DNA of 53,868 bases from Octopus bimaculoides (GCF_001194135.2 NC_069003.1:24561727-24615594); one strand, 5' to 3'; shown: positions 1 through 12,158, counted from the first letter of the stretch. Notes: generated by a model not told the origin, from the letters alone. Numbers and translations: made by a program.

Positions 1-147
1 TTTTTCTCAGAATAAATTCAGCATTGAATATATTCTGGTTATATATTTAAATTCAATAATAGGATGAATTCTTTTACAAGAATTTATCAAGTAGCTAGCG
101 TGAAAAAAACTTCATAAGGGAAAAAAAAATCCATCAGAAAAAAAATA

Positions 148-292
148 TGGGAGGATCAGTTAATTACGATTTTATTGAACATATTCCCCTCTCAGATTCA
201 CACACTTATGGCAGTAGTCCTTCATTTTTCTCTAAGCCCTGTAAAAGAACTCGGATGGTTGGGCCTCCAACCAGGCCTTTCACAACAGTACG
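148..292 (-). mobile_element. mariner transposase 3' fragment
   Basis: Minus strand decays from a WLEAQPSEFFY..KCVNLRGEYVE-type C-terminus; same family as 30490-30660. Confidence 0.7.
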
Positions 293-295
293 CAA

Positions 296-413
296 CTGGT
301 ACTTATTTTATCGACCCCGAAAGGATGAAAGGCAAAGTCGACCTCGGCGGAATCTGAATTCAGAACGTAAAGACAGACAAAATACTGCTGAGCATTTTGC
401 CCGGCGTACTAAG
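296..413 (-). mobile_element. SINE family A (tRNA-like head, Meta-domain-like core), partial
   Basis: Core gtcgactttgcctttcatcctttcggggtcgataaaataagtacca recurs about 15 times and resembles the MetaSINE central domain (from memory). Other copies near 1449-1590(+), 5935-6075(+), 20960-21185(-), 21290-21430, 22310-22820(-), 25545-25765(-), 44095-44312(+), 44880-45060(-). Confidence 0.75.
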
Positions 414-519
414 CTTGGATTTGTAAACTACGATTAGAATAACGATGGTCAACAAAGAATTTGTCCCAAAAATATATAAAATGAAAAATATGTAAAAAAA
501 AAAAAACAGAAAAATATGT

Positions 520-700
520 AAAATACTAACACACAGAAAAATTAAAACAAAACACGCGTGTGAAAAGAATCTCGTGATGTGAAGAATCAACGCGGAACAA
601 CGTGCGGCACAGACGCGGGTGAGGTGAAACACAACACAGCGTGTGGTTGTCATGGTAACAAGCTGCTAATGCCACGATGTCTGTCGATTGGCTAAAATTA
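520..700 (-). promoter_or_regulatory. candidate promoter/5' UTR of a gene running left out of the window: X-box GTTGTCATGGTAAC (646-659) and ATTGG/CCAAT (~688)
   Basis: CpG-rich patch with two motifs and a pyrimidine-rich minus-strand leader. Could instead be part of a repeat. Confidence 0.3.
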
Positions 701-894
701 CCCCAAATTTCCCAACTTTAATTCCAAATAACATCAGATTCTTTCATTTACGAGATAAAGTACTTAGTTGATCGTAATCAAAATTCAGAGTTGCGTCGAT
801 AAAACCAAAATTGAAAGCAATCTGAGGAAAATTAAAGTGGGGGACAATTTTTGCGAATGAAACTAACTAGACCCTGAGGAAGCAACAAACAAGA

Positions 895-975
895 TGAATT
901 GGTTTGACACTCAAGAAAAATAGAAGAGGCTTTGACATTTCGAGTCTACGCTTTTCTCCAGAAGGAAATGAGGAA
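895..975 (-). mobile_element. Penelope-like terminal-repeat remnant with degenerate hammerhead
   Basis: Minus strand CTGGAGA-aagcgtagactc-GAAA-tgtc...gagtgtc; catalytic core mutated. Confidence 0.4.
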
Positions 976-1647
976 ACACACGCGCGCGCGCGCGCAAGGA
1001 AATCAGCTTCTAAATAAGCAAACCAATTATTTATACAGCAAGCTATGACAAGTATTCATTTACTCACTAACTAAGCAACCGGACGACCAACTAATTTAGT
1101 AATAGTTATGTAAATGACTAATATCTAATTATAACTACGCAACCAAAATACAATCTTATGTAAATAATCTAGGTTGACTATTCAAATTAACAGACTAATT
1201 ATACATTGCCATTGACTTTTAAGCTTACAATTATTCTTTTTTTTATTATTATTTAATTCGAGAATAACGAAGAACTATATTTGAGAGATAGCTTCAAGTA
1301 ATCAGTGCCAGAACTACTAGCGTCATCAGGGGGTGTCACGTGATGATTACATGACACCTCCTAATGACGACGGCGGCAGTGACGATGACGGTGACGCGAA
1401 AACTGTGACGTACTTATTCTGCATCCCAATATCTCCGCAGACAATATGAAGGCGGTGAGCTCGCAGAATCATTAACACACCGGACAAAATGCTTAGCACT
1501 ATTTCACGTTCTGAGTTCAAATTCCACTGACGTGGACTTTGCTTTTCATCCTTTCGGGGTCGATAAAATAAGTACCAGTTGAGTATTACTGGCCTCGTTT
1601 CAAAAGTTTGAAACCAGTTTCTCTGCAGAAAATTTTAACATGCAGTG

Positions 1648-2368
1648 GGATCTATTTTAAAACGGGGGCCACAGTATTTTCTTAACGAAACACTTTGAAA
1701 CTTGGAGCACTGGTAGAATGTGTCATATAAAACATCTTTTTCTCTTAGTCTTCTTTAAAAAAAAAAAGAAATCCCTAAGTTATTCCATGTTAAAGTTGTC
1801 GTATTTCTGTAATTTCAACCAATCACTGACGTCCATTCAGCCGATATACATTAAGTGCCGACTACATAAACAAACGATTCTGAAACAATTCTATCGGTGA
1901 TAAAATTATTATTTCCTTGTCAAAAATGGCTGAAGCATATTGGCAGTAGCTAATAAACCTTTCTATTATAGGCTAACCCCAACCCTAACCCTAAGGTTAG
2001 GGTTAGGGTTAGGGTAAACCAGCAAATTTAAAAAGAAAAAAACAAATAAAACGAAGAAAAAAAAAGAAAATGAAAAAAGCAAATTTAAAATGAAAAAAAC
2101 CAAATAAAACGAAGCTATGGAGATTAAATACGCTTTACACCGCTTAATCAGCCAAAGGAGTAAATGTAAACAACTGAATACTTGTCAGTGATTGGTTAAA
2201 ATTATCGAAATAAGACAATTTTTTACATGAAATAAATTCGAATACAAAAATATTTTTCTGTTCTATAACACAAAATAGATAAGTATACGAAGTTTGAAAG
2301 TCTTTCCGTACCAAAAACACTACGTAAGACATTAATGAAAACTGTGGCCCCCGTTTTAAAATAGATCC
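1648..2368. mobile_element. non-autonomous DNA transposon (MITE), Merlin-like by termini
   Basis: Perfect 28-bp TIR GGATCTATTTTAAAACGGGGGCCACAGT (1648-1675 / 2341-2368); 8-bp TSD ATGCAGTG (1640-1647 / 2369-2376). Superfamily is inferred. Confidence 0.9.
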
Positions 2369-2425
2369 ATGCAGTGTCCTAGAATTCTTGTGTTTGGAAT
2401 AGAATTTGAGAACATCCACAAATAA

Positions 2426-2660
2426 TGGAGATTTGATTCCTTCTTTTCTTTTGGTTTGGCACAAGGCCAGCAATGTCAAGGGAATGGGTAAGCTGGTTAC
2501 ATCAACTCCAGTGTTCAACTAGTACTTAATTTATCGACCCCGAAAGTATGAAAGGCAAAGTCGACCTCGGTGGAATTTGAACTTAGAATGTGAAGACAGA
2601 CGAAATACCGCTCAGCAATTTGTCCGGTGAGCTAACGATTCTGCCAGTTCACGGCCTTCT
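2426..2660 (-). mobile_element. SINE family A, near full length
   Basis: A-box-like head, GAGTTCAAATTCC-type B box, core and ggccttgtgcc tail. Confidence 0.75.
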
Positions 2661-2751
2661 CTTTCTTAATATCAAAGACGGGAAAAGGGTGGCGAGCTGG
2701 TAGAAACGTTAGCACGCCGGGCGAAATGCTTAGCGGTAGTTCGTCTGTCTG

Positions 2752-3375
2752 TTATTGAAAATTTATTGTTGGAGTGTGTTCGTAAAGTAAGTTTCTGTTG
2801 TTATATCGTTATACCACCTGTTGTGCCTACTGTTGGACTTATAGTTTTCTTTCGAAAGCTACCTGTGGTTTTCCCCTGTAGGGGAAAACATTAATTGCGT
2901 CGGGTGAAGATTCATCGACCGAGCGGGAAGCAAGGAAGATTGCAAGTTTAAATTTTGATAACATTTCTGATGTTTCGGAAAGTGAATTCCCTACATTACC
3001 AAAAGCTACGGGTACCAAAAGAAATATAGAAGCAAAGACCATTCAAAATGAAGAAAGAAGAAGTTTTGCGTCAGCAACTTGTAATGGAACGCGACAGCTG
3101 TCAACTGGCAAAAAAGAATTATTAAAATACAAGGAAATGGTAACGGTACGAGAGGAAATGGTAAAAGTGGAAATACCAGAAGAACAATTAACGGCAGAAA
3201 AAAGGAAAATTATTATTTTTAAGACATTCTACTTAAAAGCTCGAAAAAATGACAAAATAAGTGAGGAGAAAATTGAAAAATGTTTAAAACCCATCTGGCA
3301 GGACATTACTTACCTAGCCAGAAGGAAGAAGTTTGGAACCATCGTGGTGAGGTAATAAACGAGTGAAGAACAAAT
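2752..3375 (+). mobile_element. 5' end (UTR + ORF1 N-terminus) of an L1/Tx1-like LINE
   Basis: Frame 2894-3355 is open for 153 codons (IASGEDSSTE...RRKKFGTIVVR); the start looks like ATG mutated to ATT. Clade assignment from memory. Confidence 0.55.
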
Positions 3376-3916
3376 ATATAGTCCGTGTGTTTATTTGGCA
3401 AACGTCCACACATATGGAGATTCACATCCATACATACAAATATGGTAGATAGTTGCAAAACACACACACACACACACACTCAGACATGCACACACAAGGA
3501 GACAGAGGTACACACACACATATACAAACACACACACACACATACACACGCACCTACATAAAAACGCACAAACACGGACACGCAAACACATGAATATGCA
3601 GAATACATACATACAAATATATACACATACATACATACATAGATACATATGCACACACACACACACGATGCATACATACATACGTACATACTTACATAGA
3701 TGTGTAGGCACACACACACACACACTAACCCATACACATGCGCACAAACAAACAACAAGGAACGCAGTGTGAATAACGGACAGAGTCAAAACTATGGAAA
3801 AGGTTGCAAGACGCAACGTAAATTTTAGAAAAATAAAAAAGAAATTAGTGGAAATTTTACCGTGAGTGTTAATTTATAAGGCACCAAAAGAGAATGGCTC
3901 TCCCCAGACACAACAG

Positions 3917-3953
<37 letters not shown>

Positions 3954-4349
3954 NNNNNNNNNNNNNNNNNNNNNNNNNNNNNNNNNNNNNNNNNNNNNNN
4001 NNNNNNNNNNNNNNNNNNNNNNNNNNNNNNNNNNNNNNNNNNNNNNNNNNNNNNNNNNNNNNNNNNNNNNNNNNNNNNNNNNNNNNNNNNNNNNNNNNNN
4101 NNNNNNNNNNNNNNNNNNNNNNNNNNNNNNNNNNNNNNNNNNNNNNNNNNNNNNNNNNNNNNNNNNNNNNNNNNNNNNNNNNNNNNNNNNNNNNNNNNNN
4201 NNNNNNNNNNNNNNNNNNNNNNNNNNNNNNNNNNNNNNNNNNNNNNNNNNNNNNNNNNNNNNNNNNNNNNNNNNNNNNNNNNNNNNNNNNNNNNNNNNNN
4301 NNNNNNNNNNNNNNNNNNNNNNNNNNNNNNNNNNNNNNNNNNNNNNNNN

Positions 4350-4414
<65 letters not shown>

Positions 4415-4868
4415 TGTACGTACGTATGTATATAGGTGTATACGCATGTATGCATGTTTGTATGTGTGTATGAATGTATGTAGGTAGGTAGGTAGGTATA
4501 TATGCCTGCATGTTTTAATGTATATAAGCACACCGACATAATTAGTGGTAATTATACGTTCATTATTATCCTGATCAATATAAACAATCGCGCATGCGTA
4601 CTTCTTCCACACATTCACAGTAAATAAACAAACAGACCACACTGGCTTCAGTTATTAAATAACAATGTGTGATTATAATTATTCATCTCAATGGTTAGCC
4701 TAGGTTTTTTTCGATCAGTTCTTGAATAAATACAAATAATTTGTTCTGATATTGCGTCAGCATGTGGCCAAAAATTAATTACACCAATTACTCAATAATG
4801 ACTTGTAAGATATTGCTCAAAATACCAGTAATACGCATGGGTAGAATTCTTCTTACACACCACATATG

Positions 4869-5251
4869 TGATTGTGTTGTAAGAAGCTAACTTCCCAACC
4901 ACATGGTTCCGGGTTCAGTCCCACTGCGTAGCACCGGACAAGTGTCTTTTACGATTGTCTCGGACCGACCAAAGCCTTGTGAGTGGATTTAGTAAACGGA
5001 AACTGAAAGAAGCCCGTCGCATATATATTTAAGTGTGTGCGTGTCTGTGTTTTATCCCCCACCATCGCTTGACAACTGGTGTCGGTGTGTTTGTGTCTCT
5101 GTAACTTAGCAGTTCGGCAAAAGAGATTTGACAGAATAAGTACTAGGCTTACAAAGAATAAGCCCTGAGGTCGATTTGTTCCACAAAAAAAAACATTTAA
5201 GGCGGTGCTCCAGTATGGCCGCACTCTAATGACTGAAACAAATAAAAGAAT
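4869..5251 (+). mobile_element. SINE family B (gctgtgtggtaag head, internal microsatellite, aaataaaagaa tail)
   Basis: Recurs at 5255-5420(-), 10010-10470(-, interrupted), 16190-16400(+), 26010-26115(+), 33085-33240(+), 39105-39445(+), 50085-50310(+). Confidence 0.8.
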
Positions 5252-5622
5252 GAACACATATACGACGGGCTTCTTTCAGTTTCCGTCTACCAAATCAACT
5301 CACAAGGATTTGGTCGAACCTAAGCTATAGTAGAACACATCTGCCCATGGTGTTACGCTGTGGGAGACTGAACCCGGAAATTAAGTGGTGGGAAGCAGGC
5401 TTCTTACCACACAGCCAAGCCTGTCAATATGTGCATATTTTTGCATATGTGTATGTGTATGTGTGTGTATGTAGCATGTATGTATGTATGTATGTATGTA
5501 TGTATGCATTAATGGGCAGAAAGTTACAGATGTGATTCGAAGGCAGAGAGTTTTGTGCATGCTGCTTATTATCGGCAAGTGCCATGTACGAAACTGGAAG
5601 CCTTCGAGTAACTTCTGTAAGT

Positions 5623-5653
<31 letters not shown>

Positions 5654-6206
5654 ACATCGTTGGCGTTCAATAATGCCAGACAGCGTTCTGGAAACTAACT
5701 TTCAATTGGTCCTATGAGTTTACATCCGGTAGATCAATCAAAAATCCATTTGCATATTGCAATTAGCAATATAATTGACATTTAGTCGACTTCACTTATA
5801 ACAAGCGGAATATACAGGCGTGTGCTGAAATCCTTTCTACTTCATAAATTAGATTGCATTCCTTTAAGAAGGACGGCGAGGAAATATTGTTTCAACTGGG
5901 TGGTGCTCTACCCCGGTTTGATATTAATGAGAGAAAGGGCGTTGGAATGGCATTGTTGGAATGTCGGACAAAATGCTTTGCAGTATTTGTTTCAGGTCAT
6001 TACATTCTGAGTTCAAACCCGACCAACGTTCAAACCCCACCCCCACGACGTTATCTTTTAGGGTCGAGAAAAATACGGCAGGAAAGTCACCCACATCACG
6101 TGATAATTCAATGGATAGAATGATTACTTGATGGGATCACTGGACTCTCTCTCGTTGGAATCAATGTGAGAGTCATCAAATATGCATGTATGTATGTATG
6201 TATGTA

Positions 6207-6241
<35 letters not shown>

Positions 6242-6243
<2 letters not shown>

Positions 6244-6630
6244 AGGCGCAATGGCCCAGTGGTTAGGGCAGCGGACTCGCAGTCATAGGATCGCGGTTTC
6301 GATTCCCAGACCGGGCGTTGTGAGTGTTTATTGAGCGAAAACACCTAAGGCTCCACGAGGCTCCGGCAGGGTATGGTGGTAAACCCTGCTGTACTCTTTC
6401 ACCACAACTTTCTCTCACTCTTACTTCCTGTTTCTGTTGTGCCTGTATTTCAAAGGGTCAGCCTTGTCACACTGTGTCACGCTGAATCTCCCCGAGAACT
6501 ACGTTGAGGGTACACGTGTCTGTGGAGTGCTCAGTCACTTGCACGTTAATTTCACGAGTAGGCTGTTCCGTTGGTCGGATCAACTGGAACCCTCGACGTC
6601 CTAAGCGACGGAGTGCCAACAACAACTCAA
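6242..6630 (+). mobile_element. SINE family C (GGAGGCGCAATGGCCCAGTGG head), full length
   Basis: A box TGGCCCAGTGG, B-box-like GGTTTCGATTCC, (AAC)n tail. Copies at 7779-8075, 12665-13049, 44389-44790 and head only at 17630-17718(-). Confidence 0.85.
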
Positions 6631-6699
6631 CAATGTATGTGTGTGTGTGTACGTATGTATGTACGAGTGTATGTATGTATTTGCGTATGTATGTAGTAA

Positions 6700-6940
6700 A
6701 AGTGTGTAGCTTAGTGGTTAGAGTATCCGGCTTATAATCATCAAATTCGATTCCCAGTGGTGCGTTGTGTCCTTGAGCAAGACACTTTATTCACGTTGCT
6801 CCAGTCCACTCAGCTGGCAAAAATGAGCTGTAATTGTATTTCAAGTGGCCAGCCTTGTCGCATTCTGTGACACGTTGAATCTCTCTCAGAACAACGTTAA
6901 AGGTACGCGTGTCTGTGGAGTGCTCAGCCACTTGCACGTT
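6700..6940 (+). mobile_element. SINE family D (gttgtgtccttgagcaagacac body, family-C tail)
   Basis: Related copies at 37980-38320(-), 38325-38540(-) and a variant at 19650-19865(-). Confidence 0.7.
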
Positions 6941-9900
6941 TTGAACTTGACAAAGACAGACGTACTGTCGAAATATTGTTCAACGAATAAAACAGTTATA
7001 CAATCGAATCGCGCTCTTCGTTTTGACTATTTACCTTTGTGAAGAGTTACGTCAATCCTTTTTAAAATATAAGAATAATAATATTAATAATAATATTAAT
7101 AATAATTATATTCTGGAATGTGATAAAGTGTAGAATTAGATTATTATCCTGCTTCCAGCTACAGTGCTGCTGCCAGGATTTGAAAAATAGGGCAGATTCC
7201 CCTCTCCCTATTTTGTTTTGGGGCGGGGTTGAAAAACGAGGGGGAATTCGCGGTGATGTTCAGTTAACAAATTAAACACACTGCCCGGCAGTGGCTAAAA
7301 CGCGATCAAGTTTATGTATAAATATTCTTTTTATATGTTTGTTTCCTTTTATACAATATTAAAACAACGGCTAAAAAATTTCTGAAGCAGCACCCCGACT
7401 AATTTTATCGACGAGCCGCCACTGGTACGCACACCCACACACATACAAATTGTGCATTTAAATTCTTTCCTGATTGCCGATTTAACTTTAATGAACGTAT
7501 TTTATGTGGTAATGAACTTGAGAGACATCAAAGGAAAAGTGTGCAAAATTATATTACATTAACATAACAACGTTAGACTTGCAGAGATATGNNNNNNNNN
7601 NNNNNNNNNNNNNNNNNNNNNNNNNNNNNNNNNNNNNNNNNNNNNNNNNNNNNNNNNNNNNNNNNNNNNNNNNNNNNNNNNNNNNNNNNNNNNNNNNNNN
7701 NNNNNNNNNNNNNNNNNNNNNNNNNNNNNNNNNNNNNNNNNNNNNNNNNNNNNNNNNNNNNNNNNNNNNNNNNNNNNNGTTTATTGAGCGAAAACATCTA
7801 AAGCTCCACGAGGCTCCGGCAGGGGATGCTGGCGAACCCTGCTGTACTCTTTCACCACAACTTTCTCTCACTCTTTCTTCCTGTTTCTGTTGTGCCTGTA
7901 ATTCAAAGGGTCAGCCTTGTCACACTGTGTCACGCTGAATATCCCCGAGAACTACGTTAAGGGTACACGTGTCTGTGGAGTGCTCAGCCACTTGCACGTT
8001 AATTTCACGAGCAGGCTGTTCCATTGATCGGATCAACTGGAACCCTCGACGTCGTAAGCGACGGAGTGCCAACAAATATCGTAGTAAATGTTTGAGGAAA
8101 ACATCATGGGAAAATATGTAAAACTATAAGCAGGCTATTAAATTAGGGATTACAAAATCAGTGTTATATGAATTTTATGACGGAGAATGTTATAATTAAG
8201 CTATTTCTGCAAGAAGAGAAGTTATTTGTCTTGCTAACATTAAACTGCTCCCGATGGTGATGTTCCAGTTCAGGAGTTTTAACGTCTATGAAGTTGCCTA
8301 TTACAAAGCTTGGAGGGACGGGGCATTTCATGTTCGGTGGGGCCCCTTATACATAAAAGTTAAAATCCATGACAAATCACCAAATTTACATCTCAAAACC
8401 TATCTGTTGCATGTAAATGAATTTGACTAGCTAGCACCTAAAAGTTTAAATGGTGGTGGTGGTGATTGGATAGTGAAATATGTTGTTTTTTTTTTTAATT
8501 GAACTAAGCTTTTTATATCACCTATCACTTAACGCATGTGTATAAATGCAATTCCGTGAAATATTCACGCTTATTTACGTGGCAGATATATGCAATTTAA
8601 CTAAAGGTTGTATCATGTATGGGATATTGTTTATTTTTGATGTTTGTTTATGGGGGAAATGGAAAAATAAGAGTGAATATTTATTTTATGAGTACTGTGT
8701 ATTAAGTCTATAAAATTGTGCATAACATATAATATGTATATATAAGGTAATCATCGTAATCCAATTTCTTTCACTTTTGAATGAGTAATTGATGAGTGAT
8801 TATCTTTCCATACAGACACAACACAGGCTACACTTTCAGGTTTTTTGGATAAAAATTTTCCAGAAATAACCCAATAGGTTTACCATTAATTCCGTGAAAT
8901 ATTTACGGCTTTCGCTTGTGTAAATAAATAAGCGTTGCATTTGACGAAGTATACTAAATGCTAAAGAGTTAAACAAGCAACAACGATGGCGCCCCCATCA
9001 CCAACACCCCTGTCATCATCATCATCAGCAGCAGCAGTATTTTAGCCTTGTCAAATGTCTTGTTTACTTGCTGTCATTATTTTTATGAGATCACTCACAC
9101 ACACACACACACACCAACACATACACACATACTGTTTAAGCGTGTTTGCCCACGATAGTGTTTTCCTGAGAAAGAAATATNNNNNNNNNNNNNNNNNNNN
9201 NNNNNNNNNNNNNNNNNNNNNNNNNNNNNNNNNNNNNNNNNNNNNNNNNNNNNNNNNNNNNNNNNNNNNNNNNNNNNNNNNNNNNNNNNNNNNNNNNNNN
9301 NNNNNNNNNNNNNNNNNNNNNNNNNNNNNNNNNNNNNNNNNNNNNNNNNNNNNNNNNNNNNNNNNNNNNNNNNNNNNNNNNNNNNNNNNNNNNNNNNNNN
9401 NNNNNNNNNNNNNNNNNNNNNNNNNNNNNNNNNNNNNNNNNNNNNNNNNNNNNNNNNNNNNNNNNNNNNNNNNNNNNNNNNNNNNNNNNNNNNNNNNNNN
9501 NNNNNNNNNNNNNNNNNNNNNNNNNNNNNNNNNNNNNNNNNNNNNNNNNNNNNNNNNNNNNNNNNNNNNNNNNNNNNNNNNNNNNNNNNNNNNNNNNNNN
9601 NNNNNNNNNNNNNNNNNNNNNNNNNNNNNNNNNNNNNNNNNNNNNNNNNNNNNNNNNNNNNNNNNNNNNNNNNNNNNNNNNNNNNNNNNNNNNNNNNNNN
9701 NNNNNNNNNNNNNNNNNNNNNNNNNNNNNNNNNNNNNNNNNNNNNNNNNNNNNNNNNNNNNNNNNNNNNNNNNNNNNNNNNNNNNNNNNNNNNNNNNNNN
9801 NNNNNNNNNNNNNNNNNNNNNTTGGGATCGATTTTATTCGACTAAAACCCTTCAAGGCGGTGACCCAGCATGGCCGCAGTCAAATAACAGAAACAAGTAA

Positions 9901-12122
9901 AAGAAAATCATAAGGCTAAACCCTAATCCATTCCCTAAATCCTACACCCAGCCCAAAACCTCAATCCCTTTGTCACCAACGGAGGAAGATATAGAAAGAA
10001 GTATTATTTTACTCTTTTATGTATTTCAGTTATATGACTGCAGCCATGCTGGAGCACCGCCTTAGTCGAGCAAATCGATCCCAGGACTTATTCTTTGTAA
10101 GCCTAGTACTTATTCTATTGGTCTATTTTGCCGAACCGCTAAGTTACGGGGACGTAGACACGTCAAGCGATGTTGGGGAGACAAACACAGATACACAAAC
10201 ATATAAAAAATAAAAAGTTTTGAACGGTACAACAATGCACTATAATATAAAAAATGGACTATGTACCTGTTGTAATTTAGTTATATATATATATATATAT
10301 GCATATATACGACGGGCTTTTTTCAGTTTCCGTCTACCGAGTCTACTCACAAGGCTTGGTCGGCCCGAAGCTATAATAGAAAATACTTGACCGAGGTGCC
10401 ACACAGTGGGACTGAACCCGGAACCATGTGGTTGGTAAACAAGCTACTTACCACACAGCCACTCCTGCCTAAGCAAGTAGTAGTGCACCGGGGGAAGTGA
10501 CTAATGTAAGTTAACAAAATAGCAACGGATATAACAATTATTAATGGTAATAAATAGTTAAAAAGGAAAGACGATGAAGAGTAAAATAGCCAGACATAAT
10601 AACGAATACATCGTAAGAGTTCTATCCCTTATTCACCATGGGTTGTCATAGTGAAGATTAGTCTCCCTGTATGATATAAAGAAAACGTTGCTTATAACGA
10701 TGAACGTTGGCACAAAAGAACTTGAGGAATAAAGGGGCAGTTCTATACATAAAAGTGAATGGTGTGCAACACATCTAATAATAGTTGTTACCCATCCTCA
10801 CCAGGGGACATAATAGTTATGGCTGTTTCTTCTTAATGATGTAAACAAAATAACTTCAGTCACGGCGGGCGTCACTACCCCACATATATAACTGTGTCTA
10901 TCTGATGGGTCCGTTGGTGAAAGGTAAAGAGAGCTATACGTAAAATGAGTGTTCGGTGGAAGGAGAATGTTCAGTTTCGTAGGTGAACGTGAATGTCAAT
11001 GACAGAGTATCGAATGTTGCCACCCTTGTTAATATTTTCCTTCTACGGACAGACAATAAAAAAAGTACGGCTTATCAACTGGTCACCAAAAGTCATTTCC
11101 CTTCATGGGGTAAAGAAGTTTTAGATTAGGACGAGAGAAAACACATAGAAACATATTATCAATACGACGCAAGGAAGAGGTTGAGAGACTTAGAGAACCA
11201 CACTAAAAGAGGGAGTAGGTTTATTATAAAGGCAGAAAGTGTAGATAAAAGACTCGCAGATCTGTTAAGAATAGCAAACATTAGAGAAAAACGAATGCTT
11301 CCTTTCTCGACTGCATTCTGCCAAGTGAAAGGGTGTTTAAAGCAGGTTAGAGTCACCTTCCTTTGCCAAAAAATTGGGGAAGAAATATGCTTCTTTTAAT
11401 CCTGGGGAAAACAGTTCGTTGAGAAAAAGAGAGAAACATAAAACAATGACGAAGAAATACAGGTGTTGATTCCACTCTATCACCTGTAAAACAAGAGTTG
11501 TTTCCCTCTATGTAAGAAAAAATTGCGAGAATAAAGCTAAAGGATGAGAATGAAGGACAAGAGATTAACAGAAATATCGTCTCTTCTACATGACCAATGA
11601 GAATTGATTGTAAGTTGTTTACCTTCATGAAATAATCACTTCTCTCCAAAGATGTGTAACGAGAAATTTCGTAGTCTTGAAGAACGTCAAAGAAACGAAT
11701 CGAATGTTGCTTTCCTACTTATTTGTCACGATAAATAGGAAGAAGTCTTCTGTTTCATGAAAGAAACAAAACTCGTCAACGACAGAAGGGGCAAGGTGCA
11801 TGACGGGTAGTATGTATAGTAAGATGGACTATCATACATACTCCACCATCGAAATAATCATCTACATAAGGGACGGAACGAGATGAAAGAATTACACTTA
11901 AAACGTGAGAGGAAGAGAGAAAGATGGAAAGAGTGTGTATGTAAGATGAATTTTGGGAAGTGTCAAATGTGTTTCGTGTTTTACACACCAGAAAGTAATA
12001 TTTCAAAAGATTGAGTATCTTGACCTTATAAGATGAAAAAAGTTGTCAGCAAAGTACCCAATCTTTCTGCTGTTTTCACAGCTAAACTGTGTTCAAAATA
12101 TTACTTTCTTGTGTGTATGATA

Positions 12123-12158
<36 letters not shown>

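Noticed and set aside
981-996. (CG)n potential Z-DNA
   Set aside because: Short simple repeat with no functional context.
1973-2015. Ancient chromosome end-to-end fusion site
   Set aside because: The polarity is CCCTAA then TTAGGG (opposite to a fusion), it is very short, and it lies inside a MITE.
6242-6315. tRNA-like sequence with A and B boxes
   Set aside because: SINE head continuing into a repeat body; no complete cloverleaf.
7160-7430. Possible CAGTG-ended MITE
   Set aside because: TIR match is only about 5 bp and there is no TSD.
8551-8910. Direct repeat AATTCCGTGAAATATT ~337 bp apart
   Set aside because: Only two short copies; no further structure found.
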